Under the pieces are notes generated by a model that saw nothing but the letters and a program-made list of their open reading frames with translations, did not search any database and had not been told where the DNA came from. From the NCBI GenBank assembly GCA_035556455.1, contig DATMEX010000026.1, positions 3,574-67,573 on the forward strand: a stretch of DNA of 64,000 nt, read 5' to 3'. Origin of the DNA: Pseudolabrys sp. GTDB taxonomy: Bacteria > Pseudomonadota > Alphaproteobacteria > Rhizobiales > Xanthobacteraceae. The position numbers and the translations under genes were made by a program. This document shows, piece after piece, positions 49,222-58,611 of the stretch. The first letter of the stretch is position 1, and the number at the start of each line of letters is the position of its first letter.

Positions 49222-49926
49222 TTACCGGGCTTCGCTTCCGCTCGCCAGCCGGTAGCCGACGCCCAGTTCGCTGATGAGGATCTGCGGCTGCTTCGGATTC
49301 TTTTCGATCTTGGCGCGCAGCCGGCGAACGAGAATCCGCAGATAATGCGAGTTGTCGATGTGGCGCACGCCCCACACCTCTTTCATCAAGGTGTTGTGCG
49401 TCACGACGTTGCCGGCGTGCTGGGCAAGCACCTGCAACAGGCGATACTCCTTGGGCGACAGCGTGACGCGCTCTTCGTCGAGGAATACGGCCCGGTTCGC
49501 CAGATCGATCGAGAGCGAGCCGGACTTGACGACCATCTCGCCATGGTCGGTTCGCGTTTGCCGGCGGATGGCCGCTCGCGCCCGCGCCACCAGTTCGACC
49601 ATGCTGAACGGCTTGACCACGTAATCGTCGGCGCCGCTTTCGAGCAGTTTGACCTTGTCCTCGTCGCTGGCGCGCACCGACAGAACGATGATCGGCACCG
49701 TCGACCAGGCGCGCAGGCGCTCGACGATGTTGCTGCCGTCGATGTCGGGCAGATTGAGATCGACCACGATGAGATCGGAACGGCGCAAGGTGGCGGCGCG
49801 CAACCCTCCCTGGCCGGTCGGCTCCTCATGCACCGCGAAGTGCTCCATGTCGAAGCCGGCGCGTAGAAAGCGCCGGATCTGCGGATCGTCATCGATGATC
49901 AGGACGGACGGGCGGCTGTCATTCAT
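49222..49926 (-). CDS. OmpR-type response regulator, KdpE-like
   Basis: LIIDDD, VVDLNLPD, GADDYVVKPF, winged helix ...ISELGVGYRL. Confidence 0.92.
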   Translation of the reverse strand: MNDSRPSVLIIDDDPQIRRFLRAGFDMEHFAVHEEPTGQGGLRAATLRRSDLIVVDLNLPDIDGSNIVERLRAWSTVPIIVLSVRASDEDKVKLLESGADDYVVKPFSMVELVARARAAIRRQTRTDHGEMVVKSGSLSIDLANRAVFLDEERVTLSPKEYRLLQVLAQHAGNVVTHNTLMKEVWGVRHIDNSHYLRILVRRLRAKIEKNPKQPQILISELGVGYRLASGSEAR

Positions 49927-51028
49927 CGGCATTCTCGTCGGCGGCAGGTTGTGTCTTCACCGGAAGTTCGAGACGAAAAGTCGTTCCTGTCCCATGATCG
50001 GGAACAAGCGCGCGGATGCGGCCGCCGCAGGCTTCAATCAGCGCGCGGGCGATCCATAGGCCAAGCCCGGATCCGGGTATATTCGTGGCATGGGCCGCGC
50101 CGCGATAGAAGCGCTCAAATATCTTTTCGAGCTCGGCATTCGCTACGCCCGCGCCCTGGTCGCTGACATCGATGCGGATCGCCGCGCCGGCCTGCTCGGC
50201 TTTGATTGCGATTGGCGAGCCGGCAGGAGAATATTTTATCGCATTCTCGATGATCTGACCCAGCGCGGACTGGATGAGGGTGGCGTCGATGTAGGCCAGC
50301 GGCAGGTCGTCGGCGATCGACAGGTTGACGGGGCGCTCGGCGAGCGCGCGGCGTTTGCTGGACAGGGCGCCGCTGATCAGATCTTCGGGGTCGACCCACG
50401 CCATGCGGGGCCGCAGCCCTTCGCTGCTGATGCGCGTGGCATCGAGCAAATTCTGGATGTCGCCATTGAGCCGATCGGCCTCGTCACGAATGACGTGGAC
50501 CAGAGAGGCAAGGTGCTCGTCCTTTTCGATCTCGCGCGATTGAGCCAGGATGGATGCCGAGCCGGTGATCGCCGCCAGCGGCGTGCGCAGGCCGTGCGAC
50601 ACCGACCCGATCAAGGCGTCGCGCAGGCTCTCAGCCTGGGCGCGGATCCTGGCCTCGCGAGCGGCGATGGCGATGCGCCCCGTGATGGCCGCAACTGCAA
50701 TGAACAGCACGATATCCGCGATCTGGGCCGGACTTTGAACGCGCAGATCGAAGAAGGGCGCGTAGAAGAAATAGGCGACACCCGCAATTCCCGACAGTCC
50801 GGCGAAAACGGCGGGTATCGCGCCCCAGCGCAACGACGCGATAATGACCGGGATCAGGTAGACGATCGTCACATGCTGGATCGGCAGCCACACGAAGGCC
50901 GCCGCGAGAAGCACGGTCAGGAGCGCGACGATGGTCAGGGCGACGAGAATGCCGGCGAGTTGTTCGCGCAGCCAGCGCCCCCGCGGACTGCCGAGGAATG
51001 CCCGGAGATCGAATAACATGGCGCGCAT
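49919..51028 (-). CDS. Sensor histidine kinase with KdpD-type TM (DUF4118) domain, lacking the N-terminal KdpD/USP domains
   Basis: Four TM segments with YFFYAPFFDL; H-box VSHGLRTPL, ENAIKYS, DQGAG, FERFYRG, GSGLGL. Confidence 0.88.
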   Translation of the reverse strand: MRAMLFDLRAFLGSPRGRWLREQLAGILVALTIVALLTVLLAAAFVWLPIQHVTIVYLIPVIIASLRWGAIPAVFAGLSGIAGVAYFFYAPFFDLRVQSPAQIADIVLFIAVAAITGRIAIAAREARIRAQAESLRDALIGSVSHGLRTPLAAITGSASILAQSREIEKDEHLASLVHVIRDEADRLNGDIQNLLDATRISSEGLRPRMAWVDPEDLISGALSSKRRALAERPVNLSIADDLPLAYIDATLIQSALGQIIENAIKYSPAGSPIAIKAEQAGAAIRIDVSDQGAGVANAELEKIFERFYRGAAHATNIPGSGLGLWIARALIEACGGRIRALVPDHGTGTTFRLELPVKTQPAADENADE

Positions 51029-51475
51029 TGGACGTCGGTGACCCTTGTGCCGGCGTCAACATGCACGATCATCCGGTCTTTCAACAGCGTGCGTTGGCCG
51101 GCGACCGTTGCGGCCTGGAAGTCTGCCCCCGGCAAAGTGGCGCTGGTTCCGGAGGTGTCTGGACGAGAGAGCGGGGCGGGCGCGGTCTCCGCGTGCTGCC
51201 GGCATCGGAACGCGACTGGCGGAAACGTTGCATAAATATCACGCGCCACGATGAGGCCACCGAATCGGCCCTCTTTTCTTACGGTCAGGCGGTACGGTTG
51301 TGAGGTCAGATCAGGCCTGCCGGCCATGCTGCTGCCACACCGGGGCATTCAAGCTGGGGGTGGGGGCCCCTTGGCGTACGACTGGGCTATTCTTGCGGTT
51401 GCGGCGCAAAAGGGTCATTCTGAATCTGACCTCAGCGAGTCAGCGCGGTGTTTCGCGCGGCCGCTCATCGGAGCA

Positions 51476-53587
51476 ATGCCAGTGAAATCATCGAGCCGGT
51501 TCCGGGCTGTTGCGGCAGGTGCCGCCGTTGCTGCTTTTGCGGCTGCTTCTGTTATTGCCGTGCCGGCCTCGGCCACCGCGCAGGCCTCGCGACCGCCCGC
51601 GCCGTCCGGTCAGATCGATCTGTCGGGACTGACCGCCTCCGGCAGCTATCTCGCCGCCCGCCATGCCGGCCGCCAGCAGGATGCGCTGGCCGCCGCCACC
51701 TATTATCGCGCGGCGCTGCGGCGCGACCCGAAGAACCTCGAACTGCTCGATCGCGCCTTCATTTCGCTGCTCGTCGGCGGCGACGTCGGCGAGGCGGTGA
51801 AGTTCGCCGAACGCGTTGCCCAGACCAATAAGTCGGACCGCGCGGCGCGGCTTGTGCTCGGGGTGCACGATCTCAAGGTCGGTCATTTCGCCACAGCGCG
51901 GCGTAGCCTTGCGCAATCCGTGCGTGGCCCGATCACCGATCTGACGGCGGCGCTGCTGTCGGCCTGGAGCCAGGCCGGCGCTGGCGATACCAAGGGCGCG
52001 GTGGCGACGATCGACCGCCTGACCGGCCCCGAATGGTACGGCATCTTCAAGGATCTGCATGCCGGCCTCATTCTCGATTTCGCCGGCGATGCCAAAGAGG
52101 CGGGCAAGCGTTTCGAGCGCGCCTACAAGCTGGATTCCTCGGCCCTGCGTGTCGTTGAGGCCTATGGCGGCTGGCTGTCGCGCAACAAATCCGCCGAAGA
52201 GGCACTCGCGGTCTATGTCGCGTTCGACAAGATACTGCCGCGTCATCCCCTCATCATACAGGCGATGGGCAAGTTGAAGCCGGCGGATGCCGGCGCGCCC
52301 AAAGCGGCTGAAGCGAAGCCGGCTGAAGCGAAACCGGTTGATGCCAAGCCGAGCGTACCGCAGCTTGCCGCTGACCGCACGTTGTCGCGCGGTATGAGCG
52401 GCGCCGACGTCACCGCCTTGCAGACGCGCCTCGGTCTGTCGGCCGATGGCCGCTTCGGCGCGCAGACCGTCACCGCCCTGCGTGAGTTCCAGTCGCGCCA
52501 CGGGCTGAAAGCCGACGGCGTCGCCGACGCCAGGACCATTGCCAAACTGAACGAGGGCGATGCACCGGCCGTGGCGACCGCCAAGGCCGGTACGAAGGCC
52601 GGCACCATTCCGCTGATGGTCACCAATGCCCAGGCCGGCGCGGCGGAAGCGCTTTACGGTCTCGGTGCCTCGCTCGGCCGCCGCGGCGGCGAAGACCTCG
52701 GCCTCGTCTATCTGCAACTGTCGCTGTATCTGACGCCGCAGCACGAACTCGCGCTGCTGTCGCTCGCCGATCTCTACGAGGCGATGAAGAAGCCGGACAT
52801 GGCGATCAAGGTCTACGAGCGCATTCCGCATTCTTCGGCGCTGCACCGGAACGCCGCCATCCAGATGGCCGCCGATCTCGATGCGCTGGAGCGCAGCGAG
52901 GAAGCGCAGAAGCACCTCGAGGAGTTGATCAAGGACGATCCGAAGGATCTCGAGGCGACGCTTGCGCTCGGCAATCTGCTGCGCGGCCACAAGAAGTTCT
53001 CCGAATGCGGCGACGTCTACTCGAAGGCGATCGACCTGATCGGCACGCCGGACAAGGCCCACTGGACCGTCTTCTACTTCCGCGGCATCTGCTACGAGCG
53101 CTCCAAGCAGTGGCCGAAGGCGGAAGCCGATCTGAAGAAGGCGCTCGAGCTGTTCCCCGATCAGCCGCACGTCCTCAATTATCTCGGCTACTCCTGGATC
53201 GATCAGGGCGTGAACCTCGATCAGGGCATGGAGATGATCAAGAAGGCGGTCGCGCAGCGGCCGGACGATGGCTACATCGTCGACTCGCTCGGCTGGGCCT
53301 ATTACCGCCTCGGCAATTACGAGGAGGCGACCAAGGAGCTCGAGCGCGCCATCGGCCTCAAGCCCGAGGATCCGACCATCAACGATCACCTCGGCGACGC
53401 CTACTGGCGCGTCGGCCGCAAGCTGGAAGCGACCTTCCAGTGGAATCACGCCCGCGACCTCAAGCCCGATCCGGAAGAGCTGCCGAAGATTCTGGAGAAG
53501 CTGCGCGTCGGCCTGCCCGACGAGACGACGTCGCAGGCCAATTCGACCGACAAGCCGGCCGCGCCCAAGCCGGGCAATGGCGGGTGA
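51476..53587 (+). CDS. Exported TPR protein with an internal peptidoglycan-binding module
   Basis: Signal peptide, SGSYLAARHA, multiple TPRs (YFRGICYER, VLNYLGYSW, DSLGWAYY); insert LSRGMSGADVTALQTRL..DGRFGAQTVTALREFQ. Confidence 0.88.
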   Translation: MPVKSSSRFRAVAAGAAVAAFAAASVIAVPASATAQASRPPAPSGQIDLSGLTASGSYLAARHAGRQQDALAAATYYRAALRRDPKNLELLDRAFISLLVGGDVGEAVKFAERVAQTNKSDRAARLVLGVHDLKVGHFATARRSLAQSVRGPITDLTAALLSAWSQAGAGDTKGAVATIDRLTGPEWYGIFKDLHAGLILDFAGDAKEAGKRFERAYKLDSSALRVVEAYGGWLSRNKSAEEALAVYVAFDKILPRHPLIIQAMGKLKPADAGAPKAAEAKPAEAKPVDAKPSVPQLAADRTLSRGMSGADVTALQTRLGLSADGRFGAQTVTALREFQSRHGLKADGVADARTIAKLNEGDAPAVATAKAGTKAGTIPLMVTNAQAGAAEALYGLGASLGRRGGEDLGLVYLQLSLYLTPQHELALLSLADLYEAMKKPDMAIKVYERIPHSSALHRNAAIQMAADLDALERSEEAQKHLEELIKDDPKDLEATLALGNLLRGHKKFSECGDVYSKAIDLIGTPDKAHWTVFYFRGICYERSKQWPKAEADLKKALELFPDQPHVLNYLGYSWIDQGVNLDQGMEMIKKAVAQRPDDGYIVDSLGWAYYRLGNYEEATKELERAIGLKPEDPTINDHLGDAYWRVGRKLEATFQWNHARDLKPDPEELPKILEKLRVGLPDETTSQANSTDKPAAPKPGNGG

Positions 53588-53616
53588 TATTGCGCCTACC
53601 GCGAACATTTAACTCC

Positions 53617-53728
53617 GTCATGCCCGGCCTTGTGCCGGGCATCCACGTCTTTGGGCTAGGCTAAGGCGTGGATGGCCGGGCATAAGGGCGTTTACGCCCG
53701 TCTTCGACGGACTATGCCCGGCCATGAC
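53617..53728. repeat. REP-like element, family C, with composite right arm
   Basis: GTCATGCCCGGCCTTGTGCCGGGCATCCACG...CGTGGATGGCCGGGCATA[AGGGCGTTTACGCCCGTCTTCGACGGAC]TATGCCCGGCCATGAC. Confidence 0.85.
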
Positions 53729-53744
53729 GAAAAGGGTGTTCGAC

Positions 53745-54617
53745 TTGCCTGCACCTTTCACCGACACCGCCCGCGCCAAGATCAACCTGACCCTGCGCAT
53801 CGTGGGGCGGCGCGCCGACGGCTATCACGAGCTCGAAAGTCTCGTCGTCTTCGCCGATCTCGCCGACACGCTGACGCTTGAGCCGGCCGCGCATACGTCG
53901 CTCGACATCGCCGGGCCTTTTGCCGGCGCCATCGATGCAGCCAGCGATAATCTTGTCCTCAAGGCGTTCAATGCGCTCGCCGCGCTGGCGCCGGGCCTCA
54001 AGGGCGGGCGCTTCCGCCTCGACAAAAATATTCCGGTGGCGGGCGGCGTCGGCGGCGGCTCGGCCGATGCGGCGGCGGCCTTGCGCCTCGCCGCGCGCCT
54101 CAACGGCATCTCGTTCGACGATGCGCGGCTGATGACCGCGGCGTTGCGCACCGGCGCCGACGTGCCGGTGTGCTTTGCCTCGCGCGCCTGCGTCATGACC
54201 GGCGTCGGCGAGCGCCTGTCGCCGCCGCTGCCTTTGCCGGAACTGCCGGCGCTGCTGGTCAATCCCCGTGTCGGCGTGCCGACCCGCGACGTCTTTGCCG
54301 CACTGGCCAAATCCGGTTCACCGAAGGACAGCGGCCCGCTCGGCATCGTTCCGCGCGACGCCGAAGGGCTCATCGATTATCTGCGCCGGCACGGCAACGA
54401 TCTGACGGCGCCAGCCATCTTCTGCGCGCCGGTGATCGGTGACGTGCTCAAGGCACTTGAAGCCCAGCCGGGCGTCCGGTTGGCGCGCATGTCGGGCTCG
54501 GGCGCCACCTGCCTGGCGCTGTTCGCCAAGGCGGCCGAGGCCAAAGCGGCCGAGGTGGCTCTGACCGCCCGGTATCCGGGCTGGTGGGCGGCGGCGACGA
54601 TTCTCAATGGCAAGTGA
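53745..54617 (+). CDS. ispE: 4-(cytidine 5'-diphospho)-2-C-methyl-D-erythritol kinase
   Basis: AKINLTL, YHELESL, KNIPVAGGVGGGSADAA, GADVPVC, MSGSGAT; start TTG 53745 (alternative ATG 53724). Confidence 0.94.
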   Translation: MPAPFTDTARAKINLTLRIVGRRADGYHELESLVVFADLADTLTLEPAAHTSLDIAGPFAGAIDAASDNLVLKAFNALAALAPGLKGGRFRLDKNIPVAGGVGGGSADAAAALRLAARLNGISFDDARLMTAALRTGADVPVCFASRACVMTGVGERLSPPLPLPELPALLVNPRVGVPTRDVFAALAKSGSPKDSGPLGIVPRDAEGLIDYLRRHGNDLTAPAIFCAPVIGDVLKALEAQPGVRLARMSGSGATCLALFAKAAEAKAAEVALTARYPGWWAAATILNGK

Positions 54618-54704
54618 TGCCTTGAATTCCTCGCCTTTGCCGGGAACTGTTGCCGCCTGCGTGATTTGCCGGTACAGCGGCGGCGTTCCTAACGGAGAAT
54701 TTCC

Positions 54705-55001
54705 ATGAACTGGCGATGGCTGGCGATTGTTGCGACAGGTCTTGCCGTGTTCGGCGCCTCGGTTGCCGAACCGGCTTTCGCGGCCAAGGCCAAGAAGAAG
54801 ACAAAGGTCGCCCGGTCCGTTTGTCAGGACAATGTCGGCGGTCCGACCTTCCGCGGCATCTGGTTCAATGGCGAACCGCGGCCCAATGGCTGCGCGCCGC
54901 CGGTTTATTACGGCAGCCGCTTTATCGGCCAGGATCCCGATCCGTTCATCCGCTCGCAACTGCTGCGCCAGCCCGAGACCGGCTTTACGATCACGAAGTA
55001 G
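54705..55001 (+). CDS. Small secreted hypothetical protein (98 aa, two Cys)
   Basis: GGAG SD, signal peptide ending PAFA, GQDPDPFIRSQL motif. Confidence 0.75.
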   Translation: MNWRWLAIVATGLAVFGASVAEPAFAAKAKKKTKVARSVCQDNVGGPTFRGIWFNGEPRPNGCAPPVYYGSRFIGQDPDPFIRSQLLRQPETGFTITK

Positions 55002-55007
55002 TTGCTC

Positions 55008-55123
55008 CTTCACCTCTCCCATAGGGAGAGGTCGACCGCCGTAAGGCGGTCGGGTGAGGGGTTACGAACTATCGAGCTCACATACCCCCTCACCCCAGCC
55101 CTCTCCCCACAGGGGAGAGGGAG
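55008..55123. repeat. REP-like element, family D
   Basis: CCTCTCCCATAGGGAGAGG...GGGTGAGGGG...CCCCTCACCCCAGCCCTCTCCCCACAGGGGAGAGGG, between convergent genes. Confidence 0.8.
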
Positions 55124-55166
55124 CGCGCCAAGTTTGCCGCGCTTAAGGTGAGAAGTCTCCGACGGC

Positions 55167-56174
55167 TCAATACGCCCGCGCGATGCAGAACGCGACCGTC
55201 TCTTCCAGCGCCGTCTTGATCTCGCAGTCCGGCACCAAGGCCAGCGCTTCGGTGGCGATCGCGCCGTAGTGCCGGGCGCGGCCGAGCGTATCCTCGATGG
55301 CGTGATGCTTGGTCATCAGGCCGATGGCGTGATCAAGATCGCCGTCCTCGACCTTGCCTTCGCCGAGCGTGCGATTCCAGAAGGCGCGTTCGCTGTCCGA
55401 GCCGCGGCGGAACGACAGCACCACCGGCAGCGTGATCTTGCCCTCGCGGAAATCGTCGCCGACATTCTTGCCGAGCTTGGCCGACTTGCCGCCGTAGTCG
55501 AGCGCGTCATCGACGAGCTGGAAGGCGATGCCGAGATTCATGCCGTAGGAGCGGCAGGCGGCGATCGCCGCCTTGTCGCGGCCGGCCAGCACCGGGCCGA
55601 CCTCGCAGGCCGCCGCGAACAGTTCGGCGGTCTTGCCGCGGATCACGGCCATGTATTCGTCTTCGTTGGTGGCGGTGTTCTTGGCGGCGCCAAGCTGCAT
55701 CACCTCGCCCTCGGCGATCACCGCCGCGGCCGAGGAGAGAATGTCGAGCGCCGTGAGGTTGCCGACCTCGACCATCATCTTGAAGGCTTGGCCGAGCAGG
55801 AAGTCGCCGACCAGCACGCTGGCCTCGTTGCCCCACAGCATCCGCGCGGCCTGCTTGCCGCGGCGCATGTCGCTCTGATCGACGACGTCGTCGTGCAGCA
55901 GCGTCGCGGTGTGCATGAATTCCACGGCTGCGGCGAGCTTGATGTGGCCGTCGCCGCTGTAGCCGGTGAGCTGCGCCATGGCCAAGGTCAGCATCGGCCG
56001 CAGGCGCTTGCCGCCGGACGAAATCAGGTGGTTGGCCACCTCGGGGATCATGGTGACGTCGGAGCCGGTACGGTCGAGAATCGTGGCGTTGACGCGTTCC
56101 ATCGCCGGGGCGAGCTGCTTGACCAGCCGCTCGATCGAGCCCTGCGGATTTTCAAAGGGGACCACAACGGCCAA
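55167..56174 (-). CDS. ispB: Long-chain polyprenyl diphosphate synthase
   Basis: GGKRLRP, LLHDDVVD (FARM), RRG, FQLVDDALD (SARM), GKITLP; TTG start at 56174 behind AAGGAG. Confidence 0.93.
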   Translation of the reverse strand: MAVVVPFENPQGSIERLVKQLAPAMERVNATILDRTGSDVTMIPEVANHLISSGGKRLRPMLTLAMAQLTGYSGDGHIKLAAAVEFMHTATLLHDDVVDQSDMRRGKQAARMLWGNEASVLVGDFLLGQAFKMMVEVGNLTALDILSSAAAVIAEGEVMQLGAAKNTATNEDEYMAVIRGKTAELFAAACEVGPVLAGRDKAAIAACRSYGMNLGIAFQLVDDALDYGGKSAKLGKNVGDDFREGKITLPVVLSFRRGSDSERAFWNRTLGEGKVEDGDLDHAIGLMTKHHAIEDTLGRARHYGAIATEALALVPDCEIKTALEETVAFCIARAY

Positions 56175-56302
56175 GACGCATTCTCCTTGAGGCACTTAGG
56201 GCGGAATTTCCGGCCCTCGACGACGGGCAAAGGCGAGCATAGAAACGCTGTGCTAAAGCAGCAAGACCTCGCCGAGTCACGAGGTCGGGAGCAGGGGCGG
56301 CA

Positions 56303-57295
56303 ATGGACGAACGCACGGACGGTACCGTGACCGGGGATACCGGGGCGCGGCAGGCCCTTCGGGTCGCCGTGCTTGTGCCCTGTTACAACGAAGCGGCGGC
56401 CATCGCCAAGGTGGTGGCTGATTTCCAGGCGGCCCTGCCGGACGCCGTCATCTACGTCTTCGACAACAATTCGACCGACGATACTGCGACGATTGCGCGC
56501 GCCGCCGGCGCCGTGGTGCGCAAGGAGATGCACCAGGGCAAGGGCTTCGTGGTGCGCCGCATGTTCAGCGACATCGAGGCCGATATCTACGTGCTGGTCG
56601 ACGGCGATGCGACCTATGACGCGCCGAGCGCGCCGAAGATGATCGACCTTTTGCTGCGCGACCACCTCGATATGGTGGTCGGCCAGCGTATCGACCAGGA
56701 AGTGGCGGCCTATCGCGCCGGCCACCGCACCGGCAACTGGCTGCTGACAACCTTCGTCGCCACCGTGTTCGGCCCGACTTTCAATGACATGCTGTCGGGC
56801 TACCGGGTGTTCTCGCGCCGCTTCGTCAAATCGTTCCCGATGCTGTCCGGCGGCTTCGAGATCGAAACCGAACTGACGGTGCACGCGCTTGAACTCGGCC
56901 TTGCGGCCGCCGAAGTCGAAACGCCTTATTACGCGCGGCCGGAAGGCTCGACCTCCAAGCTCAATACCTGGCGCGATGGCTTCCGCATTCTGTGGACCAT
57001 CGTGCAGCTTTATCGGAGCGAACGGCCGTTTGCGTTCTTTGGCGCCGCCGGTGCCGTACTGGCGCTGATTTCGGTCGGCCTCGCGATCCCGATCGTCATC
57101 ACCTTCCTCGAAACCCATCTGGTGCCGCGGCTGCCGACCGCCATCCTGGCGATGGGTCTGATGCTCCTTGCCTTCCTGTCGATTGCCGTCGGCCTCGTGC
57201 TCGACACCGTCTCGCGCGGCCGCCGCGAGATGAAGCTGCTGGCCTATCTCAATCACCGCGCGCCGGGTGATGAGCGGCGCCGCGCGGACCTTTGA
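56303..57295 (+). CDS. GT2 glycosyltransferase (DPM synthase-like) with C-terminal TM helices
   Basis: VPCYNEA, VFDNNSTD, LVDGDATY, DMLSGYRVFSR, FEIETE. Confidence 0.92.
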   Translation: MDERTDGTVTGDTGARQALRVAVLVPCYNEAAAIAKVVADFQAALPDAVIYVFDNNSTDDTATIARAAGAVVRKEMHQGKGFVVRRMFSDIEADIYVLVDGDATYDAPSAPKMIDLLLRDHLDMVVGQRIDQEVAAYRAGHRTGNWLLTTFVATVFGPTFNDMLSGYRVFSRRFVKSFPMLSGGFEIETELTVHALELGLAAAEVETPYYARPEGSTSKLNTWRDGFRILWTIVQLYRSERPFAFFGAAGAVLALISVGLAIPIVITFLETHLVPRLPTAILAMGLMLLAFLSIAVGLVLDTVSRGRREMKLLAYLNHRAPGDERRRADL

Positions 57296-57297
57296 CG

Positions 57298-57528
57298 ATG
57301 AAAGAAATTCTCCGCACCAACGACGCCGTGCTGGTTTCCGTCGTGACCGCGCTGCTCGATGGCGCTGACATTGGCCACATGGTGCTCGACCAGAACATGA
57401 GCGTGCTCGAAGGCTCGCTCGGCGTGCTGCCGCGCCGCGTGCTGGTGGCGGACGACGAGTTCGACGCCGCGCGCCGGCTGCTCATGGACGCCGGGCTCGC
57501 CCACGAATTGCGTCCGCATAACCCGTAA
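57298..57528 (+). CDS. DUF2007 domain protein
   Basis: ILRTNDAVLVS, VLDQNMSVLEGSLG, PRRVLV. Confidence 0.85.
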   Translation: MKEILRTNDAVLVSVVTALLDGADIGHMVLDQNMSVLEGSLGVLPRRVLVADDEFDAARRLLMDAGLAHELRPHNP

Positions 57529-57533
57529 GCGAT

Positions 57534-58289
57534 ATGAGCGCCGCAATCGAAACCACCGACGACGCCGTGCTCGGCGGCCGGCTGCGGCTGCTGCAGCCCA
57601 AACGCGGCCATCGCGTCGGCCATGACGCCATTCTGCTGGCGGCGGCGACAGGCGGCCATGCCGGCGAGCACGCGTTCGACTTCGGCGCCGGCGTTGGCGG
57701 GGCCGGGCTGGCGCTGGCATGGCGCGTGCCGGGGCTGCGTGTGAGCCTGATCGAGATCGATCCGGCCCTCGCTGCGCTGGCGCGCGAGAACGCCCGCCGC
57801 AACGGCATGGCCGATCGCGTTCAGGTCATGGCCGGCAATGTCGAGGATGTCGCGGCGCTCGGCCTCAAGGAGGCCAGCGCCGATCATGTGCTGATGAATC
57901 CGCCCTTCAACGATCCCGCCACCCAGCAGAGTTCGCCCGACGCGGGGCGGCGGCTGGCGCATGTGGCGGATGGCGACGTGTTGAAGCGATGGCTGGCGAG
58001 CGCGGCGTGGGTCTTAAAGCCGCGCGGCACGGTGACCCTGATCTGGCGCGCGGCCGCGCGCGATGCTGTGCTCGCGGCGCTGACGCCGGCCTTTGGCGAT
58101 GTCGTCGTCATGGACGTCATGCCACGGCCCGGCGCGCAGGCCATTCGCGTGCTGGTGCGAGCGGTCAAGGGCGGAGCGGGGCGGCTACCTGATCCGCCGC
58201 CGCTGGTGCTGAATGAGGAGGGCGGCAAGCCCTCAGTTGCCGCCGAGGCGGTGCTGCGCGAGGCAAATCCCCTCGCGCTCACCCGCTAG
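57534..58289 (+). CDS. SAM-dependent methyltransferase, tRNA1(Val) A37-N6 (TrmN6/YfiC)-like
   Basis: LLQPKRGHRVGHDAILL, DFGAGVG, LMNPPF. Confidence 0.85.
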   Translation: MSAAIETTDDAVLGGRLRLLQPKRGHRVGHDAILLAAATGGHAGEHAFDFGAGVGGAGLALAWRVPGLRVSLIEIDPALAALARENARRNGMADRVQVMAGNVEDVAALGLKEASADHVLMNPPFNDPATQQSSPDAGRRLAHVADGDVLKRWLASAAWVLKPRGTVTLIWRAAARDAVLAALTPAFGDVVVMDVMPRPGAQAIRVLVRAVKGGAGRLPDPPPLVLNEEGGKPSVAAEAVLREANPLALTR

Positions 58290-58405
58290 CGGCGCCGGTC
58301 GCCGCGGATTTGCCCGCGAACGCGATCGAAGGTGCCATCGGCGAAAGCCGACAAGGTCGTCACGGCGCCGATCAGCAGGAATAGAATGGCGAGCTTCGGA
58401 TCCAT
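58286..58405 (-). CDS. Small single-TM protein (39 aa), absent from the ORF track
   Basis: MDPKLAILFLLIGAVTTLSAFADGTFDRVRGQIRGDRRR*; GGGAG SD; stop overlaps the methyltransferase stop (CTAG). Confidence 0.65.
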   Translation of the reverse strand: MDPKLAILFLLIGAVTTLSAFADGTFDRVRGQIRGDRRR

Positions 58406-58611
58406 TTTTGTTTGCTCCCTCTTTCCCAGCCACCTGAAGTTAAATCCGTGTATCGCAGTGCACAAATCATCTTATAGTAAAAAACGCGCAACTTTCGGTG
58501 ATGGCAACTCCTGCGAATGTCGCAGTCGTCCATGCGCGCTCTTACCTGAGTACCGTTCGTCTGCCTCTGCTGCGCTTTGACTAAGCGGCCTCTGGCTGGG
58601 TAACTAATGCC

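Noticed and set aside
53618-53800. 60-aa ORF ending RRGCPAQGRA, and similar REP-spanning ORFs (22518..22742, 36589..37401)
   Set aside because: They are translations of family B/C repeats; a near-identical ending (RRGCPA) recurs wherever the family C repeat occurs.
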